NCBI GenBank assembly: GCA_964016885.1
Contig: OZ024741.1
Span: 63,240,001 to 63,304,000, forward strand
Direction of reading: 5' to 3'
Origin: Eledone cirrhosa
Taxonomy: Eukaryota
Length of the DNA stretch: 64,000 nt
In this document: positions 42,901 through 53,599 of the stretch, piece after piece
Layout: each line of letters begins with the position of its first letter
Position numbering within the stretch: position 1 is the stretch's first letter
Made by a program: the position numbers and the translations under genes
The notes under the pieces: model-generated
The model's input: the letters and a program-made list of their open reading frames with translations, nothing else
What the model was told of the DNA's origin: nothing
The model's database searches: none

Positions 42901-43378
42901 TATCTCTGTTCCAGGTATTATTTATCTCAGTATTCAGATCATTGTCTGCTTCGGGTGGTTCCTCCGTTCTCAGGACCTCCTCACCTTCTTTTCCCGCCGG
43001 CTCGCTTGTCTGGCATACTACACCCGCCATCTCCAAGCCATTCTCTCTGCTCAGTTCCTCCAGTTCCAGCTCGCTTATCCACCCATTAGTTCTTATTACC
43101 CGAGCCTGCCCGGCCAATTTTTGTTCATCTAATTTAAATAAACCAATCTCGTTCCAGATGTTATGCATCCGTCTCCTGTAGCCCCTCTCCTTGGGGTTAC
43201 TTTTCAGGTAGCATTGCATAACAGTTCTATTCAATTCTTTCGTCCAGTTGGTTCTGGCCCCTTTCCTTCTTCTTCTTCCTCCAACATCAGCAGTATTTGG
43301 TTGACAGTCAGGTTCCTGCTGCTGAGCCAGGGGGCACCTGTTGGGTGAGAGTCTGTCACATGACGTTCTAGTCTCCAT
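39986..43378 (-). CDS. Intact 1130-aa RT + CCHC + restriction-like endonuclease polyprotein (family A)
   Basis: Motifs KSPGPDG, NYRPITCL, WIDYRKAFD, GIFQGDSLSP, LFMDD, YKYLG, CRICGEREETVAHIVSEC, RHD, NRPDLV..D, EKINRY, PIVIGALG. No internal stops. Confidence 0.95.
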   Translation of the reverse strand: METRTSCDRLSPNRCPLAQQQEPDCQPNTADVGGRRRRKGARTNWTKELNRTVMQCYLKSNPKERGYRRRMHNIWNEIGLFKLDEQKLAGQARVIRTNGWISELELEELSRENGLEMAGVVCQTSEPAGKEGEEVLRTEEPPEADNDLNTEINNTWNRDTATEEMNADGLGQDSVDILNLVVDELNNDSGRPMNLRFVDRKKLKETTAKVNKVIPYLEARSLHQCNNILKATANTVRKLLGIKARGNNRQERAEPWWKKRLSGQIGEMRNDIGKLESLLNGTLKNIGTKNRLEIKYKTRSKKLNIIIEELKQRIVAKSAKIRRYENRVSQYKQNRMFDNNQKMLFGQLEGKERGNDLIPGAEQAKTFWRGIWEQDVRHNAQAGWIETVQREIGEQAQQQTDLSITVETLKGQAKKLTNWKSPGPDGVQGYWIKHLTSLHPKLTAMFNDCLVSGEVPEWLTKGTTVLIMKDRIKGNDVTNYRPITCLPVMWKLLTSIVSEEIYHHLHTNNLLPDEQKGCRKKSRGTKDQLLIDKMVMGNCRRRHTDLAMGWIDYRKAFDMVPHSWITKSLEIFRVADNIRQLLGRSMGSWETELTSTGVSLGSVKIKRGIFQGDSLSPLLFVLALMPLTIMLRKVRAGYKLGRGELTINHLLFMDDLKLFGKSEKELDVLVDTVRIFSSDICMQFGIGKCGVIVMRRGRLSRSNGIQIPTGEMIKEIDSEEGYKYLGVLEADGIKNKKMKELLRTEYIRRVRSVLKSHLNSRNAISAVNSRAVSIIRYSAGILRWNVAEQKEMDRKTRKLLTIYNMFHKRSDVDRLYLRRSEGGRGLISIEDCVQMEKNNLYKYVTYSKEPMLRAVLKEGTVGQGIPKEEITSRRKSSLKGKSLHSTFFEKTEFRDPQTWNWLRRGDLKKATEGMLMAAQEQALKTKWLKHHIYKEEASPLCRICGEREETVAHIVSECKHLAQTHYKGWRHDVMGRVIHWHLCKVNNLPHSEKWYEHRPEAVMENSQVKVLWDFRIQTDKKLEHNRPDLVVVDKEKRSCLIVDVACPFDTRVQEKEREKINRYQDLKWEVKRIWNCHEVKVIPIVIGALGTISKGFQGWLKKMGPFTLFATLQKACLLGTARTLRYVLNI

Positions 43379-43947
43379 TTCACCGTTATTCGAACTGTTT
43401 ATGTTCGATATTTAAACACTCTTATCGAGGATTGGCGAATGTATGTTTACATAGCCATCTGTGGATCCGCCATCCCACTTGGCCCTTGTGTGGCATTATC
43501 ACCACGCTGTATACGGACACACATAAACAAACAAACACACGGGCAGAAAGGGCCCCAAAAATGAATAAGCATAAGTTTCATTGTAATGTAGTATTCGAAT
43601 GTCTGACTTAGTTTTTGTTTTTTAAGTTTTACTTTTTCCCCCCTCTTCTCTGTCCGTCCGCCTGCTTCTCTCTTCATTCTTATTTTCTTTACGTTTTTGG
43701 GGTTTCTTTTTTTGTTTTTGTTTTTCTCTGTTTTTCTCGTTTTTTACTGTTGTTGCTGTGCTGCTTTTGTTGTTTGTTTTTTCTTTTTTCTTTTGAGTCT
43801 ATCTATATATTTTGATGCCTTCCTCTTTGTTAGTAGTAGGAATTCTATAATGTGGAAGTGGTAGCCAGCAGAGACTGGCGGCGTTGGCGATACTGAGACA
43901 GTGGTGGTGGTGATGTCGATACCGAGGCAGTGGTGGCGGTGATGCGA

Positions 43948-44600
43948 CCGTATTACTGTAGTGATGGTGCTGTAGCGGTGGCAGCAGCAGTGAAGGAGTC
44001 AGGGGGTGGTGGCGGCGGTGATGGGATAGTGGTGGTAATGATGGCCGTAGTGAGCGGTGGCGGTGAAGGTGAAAATGCTGTTGTGTTTAGTGTACACAGA
44101 TGATGGGGTGGGTGGTGTATCTAGTTTCTGGGGTGTTGGTGAGTTTCGCTGTCCTATATAGTGTAGCCAGAGGAGAGGAGGGGGGGGGTTCTTCTTCTTC
44201 CATTTATAACCATTTTATTTTTTTTTTTTTTTGGATATACAGTGTACAATACAAAGTTGAATATTTGAATATTTGAGCCGTATTACTGTAGTGATGGTGC
44301 TGTAGCGGTGGCAGCAGCAGTGAAGGAGTCAAGGGGTGGTGGCGGCGGTGATGGGATAGTGGTGGTAATGATGGCCGTAGTGAGCGGTGGCGGTGAAGGT
44401 GAAAATGCTGTTGTGTTTAGTGTACACAGATGATGGGGTGGGTGGTGTATCTAGTTTCTGGTGTTGGTGAGTTTAGCTGTCCTATATAGTGTAGCCAGAG
44501 GAGAGGAGGGGGGGGGGGTTCTTCTTCTTCCATTTATAGCCATTTTTTTTTTTGGATATACAGTGTACAATACAAAGTTGAATATTTGAATATTTGAGCC
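43948..44600. repeat. About 325-bp tandem duplication inside the family A 5' UTR
   Basis: ccgtattactgtagtgatggtgc...aatatttgagcc occurs at about 43948-44279 and 44278-44600, nearly identical. Confidence 0.92.
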
Positions 44601-44661
44601 TTATAACAATATATTTTGGGTCCGAATTATTTGGGGGCTCAAGCCGGGTGCTTTACGTAGC

Positions 44662-44703
<42 letters not shown>

Positions 44704-45822
44704 GTTTTGCCTTACCTTAAAAATTGTATATCGTTTTTATATAGTAAATTAATCTCATGATGAGACTCTGTATCCTAAGTTCGGATTTAGAATGTTCATT
44801 TTCATTGTATAACTAGACATTTTTAAATTCGCGGTTTGAAATATCTTTTGGCTTTCAAAGCACTTAAATATCATAAATGATCAAATAAGTTGAACGAGTT
44901 ATCATCCTTTGTTTACATTCTTCGCAAATAATTTTGTTCTATCCAAATGGATTGATAATGTATATTTAACATGATTTATACAGTTTAATAATATACAAAA
45001 AATCCTTAAAGGGAAACTATATATAATAAGATGTAATTACAGAAGTAAAATCGAAATAATAATACTTTTAAGAGTAAATATAACTACTTATTAATACTGT
45101 AATAAAATGACAACCAATGAATTGAAATGATTTTACAATGAAAATAGAATAATTCAGATAATAATTCTTAACATTATATAAAATACATATACTGATGGTG
45201 ATATATGCATAGGTTGTAGTAAATATCCTTATACATATTTAATATATATTTAAACTTGCTTTATAGATTAAAATGTTTTGGAATAAAATGTAACAAAATA
45301 TTTAGTAAATATATTAATTAAACTATACTTATGATTATCATAGAAAATATTTTTATAGTGTTTAATTTTGATATAATATATTAGTATAATTAGCTTAAAC
45401 ATAACCAAATACAAAAGATATTAAAACATTTCATGGTATTTAATTGATCGCTTCTATTTGACTTAATATTTGAAAACAACGGTCATGCGTCATTTCTCAT
45501 TCTTCCTTCTTTCTTTCCTTTTTGCAGTTACGTCGTTCTTCACTCTTCTATCTCTCTATCTCTCTCTTCTTTTTTCTTCCCTAACACGTATATTTACGCA
45601 TTTAAATATTATGTATGTTTTTATTTATTTATTTCTTCTTGCATTTCCTCATACTCACCCCCTCCTTACACCTATATCTCGCTCCACATCCTCTTCTTCA
45701 TTAAATTTAAGTTTATCATGTTATTATTTGTGGTATATAAATATTGAGATTTGTTGTAATAAATCACTGCCAATACTGGAATTGAACCAACAAGACCGTT
45801 GAGGTATGTCATACATCAATTC

Positions 45823-45890
45823 ATGTATTGTATCTGACGAGGACGAACTGAAAAAACAGCACTACCTTCGAAATATATATAATAAAACAT
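45823..45890 (+). ncRNA. Minimal type-I hammerhead ribozyme (weaker stems)
   Basis: atgtattgtat-CTGACGA-...-GAAA-TATATA-TA-ataaaacat. Stems I and II are bulged. Confidence 0.6.
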
Positions 45891-46030
45891 ATATTTTGAT
45901 TATGTGAAAGTTCTTCATTTATTAATATTTTGAATAATATTAATAACTCCAGAAAACCCCGCTGTAGAGTGCTTTTATTCTATTGTAAACTATATTCATT
46001 GAGGAATTAATTAATCATTTTAATGTTTGG

Positions 46031-46113
<83 letters not shown>

Positions 46114-46116
46114 TAT

Positions 46117-46182
<66 letters not shown>

Positions 46183-46333
46183 CTACCATATGTAGATATA
46201 CCAAGTATATATATACTAGATTTACCAAATCATAATATTATAATATTATAATATTAAATCAAATTGTTTAGAACTACAAGTGAAGTCATTCTTTTTCCTT
46301 TTACAAATATATATATATATATATATGTGTGTA

Positions 46334-46441
<108 letters not shown>

Positions 46442-46657
46442 CGAACGAATATGGAAATGAATATGAAAAATGGAAAAAAAAATAAAGGATATTTAAGTGT
46501 CAAGTGGCAATCGATCATATGTGACTTTTTCTGACAGTTCCAATATTAGCCAAACACTAACTGCATACACAACAGAAGAATCTGGTTTTGATTGTCATAT
46601 TAAGATGTTTTAAACAACGGATGGTATAGAAGTAAAAAATAAGAAAATATTCTAGAA

Positions 46658-46775
46658 ATAATTGTTTCTACGTTAGGCACAAGGCCAGCAATTACCCAGT
46701 GCATTACTGGTACTTTATTTTATCGACCCCGTTAGGATGAAAGGCAAAGTTAACCTTGGCGGGATTTGAACTCAG
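46658..46775 (-). mobile_element. 5'-truncated SINE family 1 copy
   Basis: Same core and 3' end as the 28608-29300 copies. Further fragments at about 34685-34765 (+), 53270-53450 (-) and 230-320 (+). Confidence 0.85.
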
Positions 46776-47566
46776 CCAAGGTTAACTATTCTAGAAATAA
46801 TAAATAGGACGTAGTTTTAAATATCGGGGATTTTTCCATTGGCGCTAGCTCGGAAATTGAAAAAAAATAAATCTGTTCGATAACATACAATTTATACATT
46901 ATATAACAATGTAATTCCTCGTATAGTTGCACACACACGGAAGCACATACACAAACACACAAAGTGTGTGTGTGTGTGTGTGTGTGTGGGTGTGTGGGTG
47001 TGTGTGAGAGAGTCTATGTGTAGTATGTAGAATCGAAGTCTGCGTTGCAGCATATGTACAAACGTTATTGACATATTACAATTGTTTCGATATCGATAAG
47101 CTCATGGTAAAATCATAATGACTAGGCCCTGATTGTTCTTCGACATCTCCTCAGATATGCGAGGTTATATGTGCAAGAACAGATCGAAACTCTTTGCACA
47201 TATAAACTAGCATATCTGTGGAGGGGTCGAAGAAGAATCGGTCCCCGGTTCTATTATTGTACCCCGAGCTGATCGATACCGAAACAATTGCAATATGCTA
47301 ATCAACACTGACTTGGATTGTACATACTCTATTTACTATCTGCACACCACAGCCGCCTTAATTTTGGAATATATCCTAACATGAGAAGGAACACGTAACA
47401 GCAATGAGTGCTACCGCGCGCCGCCTGTAACTGTAGTTACACACCTAATATATAAATATATATATATACAGTATATACATGTGTGTGTGTGTGTATATAT
47501 ACCTATGTACATTATAAATTATATATGTATATATTATATATATATGCATTATACACACACACACGT

Positions 47567-47661
<95 letters not shown>

Positions 47662-47822
47662 ACAGTTGTTTCACCTTATGCGGATCCTCAGCTGAAGATC
47701 CGCATTTTATTCCCTGTATGAACATAATATATATATATATATATAAAGTCAGTGGGTGTGAAAAAGATTATCATAATTGGATCTCGAAACCTTAGGTGCC
47801 ACTTGTTATTCCCTGTATGAAC

Positions 47823-47863
<41 letters not shown>

Positions 47864-47909
47864 CAATTGAATAATCAAAACCGTACCGGTATGTCGCATA
47901 TCAAATCTT

Positions 47910-47974
47910 ATATTTTGTCTGATGAAAACGTACATAAACACCATTGTACCTTTGAAATATGTATAACAAAATAT
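47910..47974 (+). ncRNA. Minimal type-I hammerhead ribozyme
   Basis: atattttgt-CTGATGA-aaac gtaca...tgtac cttt-GAAA-TATGTA-TA-acaaaatat. Perfect 9-bp stem I. Confidence 0.85.
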
Positions 47975-48020
47975 TTCTTTTGATTATGAGAATATTTTAC
48001 ATTTATTAATATTTTGAATA

Positions 48021-48060
<40 letters not shown>

Positions 48061-48062
<2 letters not shown>

Positions 48063-50441
48063 TAAACTCAATGAGAAGCTGGTGTATATCAACGCTGGGT
48101 CTAATCACACTAGATCTATAGTTAAGGCCGTAGTTAAGAGTGTCTCTGACAGGATCTCTAACTTGTCGGCCAATAAAGAGATCTTCAATAGTAATGCTGA
48201 TTACTATAACTCAGCGCTAGCTAAGGCATCCCACAGCGATAGGATCACCTATAACCCTAAGGGACATGATCGAGATGACCCAAGGGTACCCCGGACCAAT
48301 ACCCTCAGGGGCATGAGTCGCCCACCTAATACCACGGTGACCAGTAGTAACACTCCCAGACCCCTATCTGTCACCACCCCGGTAGAATGTCCCGCATACC
48401 CCACCGGTCTAATACCTACTACGCTGAAGACCACTGTGCTGCGGAGCATAGGCATCCCTGCACCGGCCCCACCACCCGCCGAACCCTAATTGAGCAGGAA
48501 GGCCGCACCTCGCAGGTTTATAGCCCCACGTTGGACCCATATAACCCTCATGATAGTGACCGCTCCGCACACCCGAGTGACACCAACCGAGCTCGACCTA
48601 ATCTGTGCACAACCACGCGATGGCCCACGGCGGACACCCAACAGCCCCGCAAGAATAGGACCAGGAAGGTCAGATGGTATAACCCTCCGTACTCGGTGGG
48701 ACTACGTACCAGCCTGGCTAGAACATACTTTCGAGTACTGGATAATTTTTTCTTTAGGGCCCACAAGTACCATAAAATATTCAACAGGCACACGGTGAAA
48801 CTTTCCTGCTCAACCACACGCTCCGTAGCCCAGCAGATAGCTGGCATAAATAGGAATAGGCTCACTGCCTCTAATACCACCGTAAACCCCGGAGCCACCC
48901 AAAAAGAACCAGCACGTGGGACGCAACGGAACCCGGACAGGCCCAAATACTACACCGGAACCCAACGACCCTGTGCTGGTTGCGGAGGCTACCCAGCCAA
49001 CCCAGAGTGATGGTAACCACGCGGTACATGTGGTGGGGCTGAAGAAGTCATGTAATTGCAGAGACCCATCACTATGCCCCCTTAGTAATGAATGCATGAC
49101 TAAAAACGTGGTCTACAGGAGCAAGGTCTCAAACCCTAACTCGGAGCACCACTACATAGGATCCACAGCGACGAGCTTCAAAATTCGGTGGTATAACCAT
49201 CGCCATTCCTTTAACGGCACTCTCTGAATTGATCTGGAAGCTCAAACTTGAAAAGAACCCGCACTCTCTGGTCTGGTCCGTGGTTAGAAAGGTTCCCTCA
49301 GACAGAGGCGGGTCTGGTATTTGCAACCTCTGTCTTAGTGAGACACTCGAGATTCTTCTTGGCGGAACCAAGCTATTAAACAGAAGGTCCGCCTTATTCG
49401 GTGCCCGCAGACACCTAAGGACGGGAACTTTCCTCAACCTATATGGATAAACCCCGGTTACGGCCTCCCACAACGCCCCCCCCCCTGTAGGTCCCCTACA
49501 CCCCGTACCAATGATTAATGGACAACAACAACCACCCATAGTTTGTGGTCCCTATGGTGGATGGTCCACCGGATCCTCTACTGGTTAGGAGTAATCTAAA
49601 CCACGTTTTATTGAACCTGATTTTATATCTATAAATCTATATATGTATCATGTGTATATATATATATATTTTATGTGTGTATATATGTGTATTTTATATA
49701 TATGTATGTATATATTTTATATATATATGTATGTGTATTTTATATATATGTATGTATGTTTTATGTGTGTATATATGTTATATATGTGTGTATTTTATGT
49801 ATACATATATTTTTTATATTTTTATATGTATATATTTTATATGTATGTATGTTCTGAGTAGATATATATATATTATATATATATATGTATACTTGTGCGT
49901 ACATACATCATGCATATATATGTATACACACCTGTATGGATTTGTGTGTGTAGATGTGTGAGTGTCTGAGGGGGTAGGTGTGAGTGTATGTACAAGTCAA
50001 CCAGCATAAACCTTTTATTTCTAAATGTTCTAAACTATCTAAGTATTGGACTCTAACCATTATATTAAGTATTACCACCCCACATTTTGTATGTGTGGAT
50101 GCGTGTGTGTGTCTGTGGAGGTGGGTGTGAGTGTAGTGCAAGCCAACCTACATAAGTCTTTTTATTTGTAAATTTTCTACTCCAACCATAAATTTCAGTA
50201 GCACCACTCCACATAAATTCCTCAATTTAAGAATGACCTGTAGTATCTATTTCATACTATTAACCTTAATTGAATATATATCTGACCAGAAATGCCTTTT
50301 GTGAAGATCAGTCATATGGAACTATTGTCATCTTGCCTGACGGTTTGAACTTTACAAAACCACCTGCCTCAATGGCTATCATCGAAATGTATATAGCAGT
50401 AAATAAAGGATTATGAGTTCATGCAATTGAATTATGTTTCG

Positions 50442-50450
<9 letters not shown>
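48061..50450 (+). mobile_element. 5'-truncated Penelope-like element (RT thumb + GIY-YIG), frameshifted
   Basis: YINAGSNH, RISNLS, WYNPPYS, KIFNRHTVKLS, CNCR..CPL..C, YIGST..FKIRWYNH, CNLCLSE, LLNRRS over 48061-49450. Begins exactly at the end of a (TA)n run. The 3' boundary is approximate. Confidence 0.85.
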
Positions 50451-50472
<22 letters not shown>

Positions 50473-50477
<5 letters not shown>

Positions 50478-51029
50478 TAAAAGCAAAAGAAAATGCTGAC
50501 AAATTGTTCCCAGTGAAAAATAGTTTAATTAGGAATAAGTAAAAATTAGTAATAATTATTGGTTAGTATTCAGTTTTAGTTTTAAGTTTTTACCGGTTGC
50601 GCATTTCTAATGCTTTTCAAAAATAATTTTGAGATAGAGCGCCCGTGATGTTTGCTCTAATCTGATCAGTTTTGGAAATTCTACCTGTTTTATGTGGAAA
50701 AAAGTGGCTCCAGAGGTATTAAAATAAGTTTCGCGCCAATTCGTGTTGCAAAAATTCTTGTGGTCAAAACAATTTTGATTGATCATTAGAGGTCACGTGA
50801 ATGTTAAAAATTGTTTTTGTACCAAATGTAGGTTTGTCGAAGAGTGTCCTTTTTCGCCTGATTTAGAAATCACTGAAAAATAAGTCTGTTAAGACAAATA
50901 TGTGTGACACTATATATCATTTCACCCCTTTTATTATTAATGTTTTTGATGTTCTCTTGAGAGAATCGTTTTTGCTGAAAATATCGAATAATGTAAACCA
51001 TTTTTACCAGTATCACAAAAATATTGGTC

Positions 51030-51082
<53 letters not shown>

Positions 51083-51855
51083 GCATATATACACACACAT
51101 ACACACGCGTACACTAACATACAGAGATATATATATACACACACACACACACACTTATCCGTATAAGACAAGAGCTGAAAAATATCTTTCAACATGTTAA
51201 AATATCCCCCACACACGTACAGACACATTCCTACTGGACGATCCCTCTACCACGAATTACTCTGCTACACACACACACACACACACATATTTGTCTTAAT
51301 AGGCACCTGAACTGTTGACCTTTCAACATGACTGCAATTCACACACATATCCCTACTGACCATTATCACAACAATGAACCTCTTTACTACACACACACAC
51401 ACATACACATATTTGTCTTAAAAGATTTATTTTTCAGTGACTTCTCAATCAGGCTAAAAAGGACACTCTTAGACAAACCTACATTTGGCGCAAAATCAAT
51501 TTTTAACATTCACGTGACCTCTACCGACCAATCAAAATTGTTTTGACCACAAGAATTTTTGCAACACGAATTGGCGCGAAACTTATTTTAATACCTCTGG
51601 AGCCACTTTTTTCACATAAAACAGGTAGAATTTCCAAAACTAATCAGATTAGAGCAAACATCACGGGCGCTCTATCTCAAAATTATTTTTGAAAAGCATT
51701 AGAAATGCGCAACCGGTAAAAACTTAAAACTAAAACTGAATACTAACCAATACTTATTACTAATTTTTTACTTATTCCTAATTAAACTATTTTTCACTTG
51801 GAACAATTTTACTAATATATCACAACTCGTGTGTTACACCTCTATTCTTTTAAAT
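50473..51855. repeat. Fold-back with about 420-bp arms (50473-50906 / 51405-51855); same family at 2410-2870
   Basis: Arms are reverse complements. A third copy with the terminus aatagaggtgtgacacacgagtt is at 2420. All three abut (TA)n. Confidence 0.9.
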
Positions 51856-51869
51856 ATATATATATATCG

Positions 51870-52087
51870 ACAGTCGATCGACTTTCGTCAAATCGGACCG
51901 AGGAAACAATGTTTCCATTGGTCTTTCCAATTGCTAATACTATCTATCGGTCGCAACTCCAGGTAGAAGGAGCAACGTGAAATAAAGTGTTTTGCTCAAG
52001 GACATAACGCATCGCCAGGTTCGGGAATCGAACTCACGACCTCACGATTGTAAATCCAATTCTCTAACCACTCCGTCACGCGCCTCC

Positions 52088-52090
<3 letters not shown>
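51870..52090 (-). mobile_element. tRNA-derived SINE, family 2
   Basis: Sense gtggaggcgcgtgacggagtggttag...gagttcgattccc...gtccttgagcaaaacacttta (A/B boxes plus CORE/V-like domain). A deleted copy lies at about 14135-14280. Confidence 0.8.
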
Positions 52091-52151
<61 letters not shown>

Positions 52152-53062
52152 TATATGTAAGTTCACAGCCACTGACGTTTTACTACATACATAATCTTGA
52201 TATCTTCTTGTCTCCAGTTCATGGTTGCTAATACCTATATAGTGGTATTAGTCCTTTAATGTTGGGTGCATGACGAATTGTAAGCATAGTTTAACGTGTG
52301 CACATTAGCTGATAGGGGATTTATCTTTAAGCGCATTTTAGTCGATTCTGACAGTTATAAATGGGTGAAATCCCTTGAAGAGATCACCATTTGCCAGAGT
52401 TACTCAGAAGTGATTAAGAAATGTGTCCCATACATTGTCCTCTGTACAATATGATCAGTTTACAGCGATTAACCACTGTTCACTTCAGTAGCAGAAACAA
52501 CAAGTTAACATGAAAGCGAAGAGTATAACTGCGTAAGTAGAGAAAGATTAAAAATTAAACGAACCGTAAACTGCTCTCGCTACAAAATAATTCAATCATT
52601 AACATATCAATTCAATTGTCTTTTCCGGGGAAGACCATCATATTGAAATGAAATATGTGCTATAGTTTCTTTCTGGCTGGCAAACTGGCAAATGAAAATC
52701 ACGCAGGTGGTGGTTGATTTGCAATCAGGTAAAATGCAAATGAATAAGTGAATGTGTGGCCAACCAATCACTGTACGACTAAGTTTCATTAATTTTGTCT
52801 AGCACTGAAATTGCAGATTTAATATGATGTTTCTCTGTATGCTGCAACCCCCTCCTTAACGGGATAAAATATTTTATATGAGTGTCACAGAAGGGTTAGC
52901 ATTCTATTGCAACTGGTACAATCGCTTTCTGATATGAATACCAAAATATAGTGATTGAAATATTTAGACTATCTTAGGAATAAAAAAATCAAAATAAGTG
53001 AACATATATCCAAATATGAGCATACAAAAAAAACAAAAAAAGTATGAATATGAAACACTAAC

Positions 53063-53223
53063 CAATTTAGTTTCTTCTGATTTACGAACGAGCATCTTCT
53101 CGTAAATTTCCCAAACTTCAGATATGTAGCATCCTGTAAAGTTTGTCCAGCCATTTATATTCGAAGTATCATTTGGTCTTTTCAACCAAACACCATCAAG
53201 TCCACATCGCCGTTCGGATTCAC
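53063..53223 (-). CDS. Exon of class B1 (secretin-family) GPCR, PDF-receptor-like; C-terminal part of the hormone-binding ectodomain
   Basis: Minus strand ttttcaag|GT...TTG|gttagt, 161 nt, phase 1 to phase 0. Translates xESERRCGLDGVWLKRPNDTSNINGWTNFTGCYISEVWEIYEKMLVRKSEETKL with the class B ectodomain pattern C-x2-DG-x-W...GWTNxTxC. Splices in frame to the exon at 30180-30283. Confidence 0.93.
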
Positions 53224-53533
53224 CTTGAAAATAATAACGAAAATACTAAAAATAATAAAAAAGAATTATGTCTAATTTAGGCACTTGGTCAGCAATTTGT
53301 GGGTAGGGGAAATAACTAGTACATAATTTATCGATCTCAGGAATGTGAGAGGCATATTTGAAATCTCTGCTATTTTAAATCAGGGTGTAATAAAATGTAA
53401 AAGTACTTCACAAGGCGTTTTGTCGAAGATCCTACTGATCCGGTTGACCACTAACTCGAAATAAAAACAAAATTAGAATTTGATTTTTCGCTCTATCATC
53501 GCAGATTACATAAATTTAAATATGGGTTATATC

Positions 53534-53597
<64 letters not shown>

Positions 53598-53599
<2 letters not shown>

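Larger units (their letters stand above)
39912..44666 (-). mobile_element. R4/Dong-clade non-LTR retrotransposon, family A, near full length
   Basis: Flanked on both sides by (TAA)n in element sense (44667-44703 and 39889-39911). About 1.3-kb 5' UTR, single ORF, about 75-nt 3' UTR. Confidence 0.92.

Noticed and set aside
40059-43348. Plus-strand ORFs overlapping the Dong A ORF (and their mirrors at 53-55 kb and 61-63 kb)
   Set aside because: Antisense shadows of the RT ORF. They recur only because the element is repeated.
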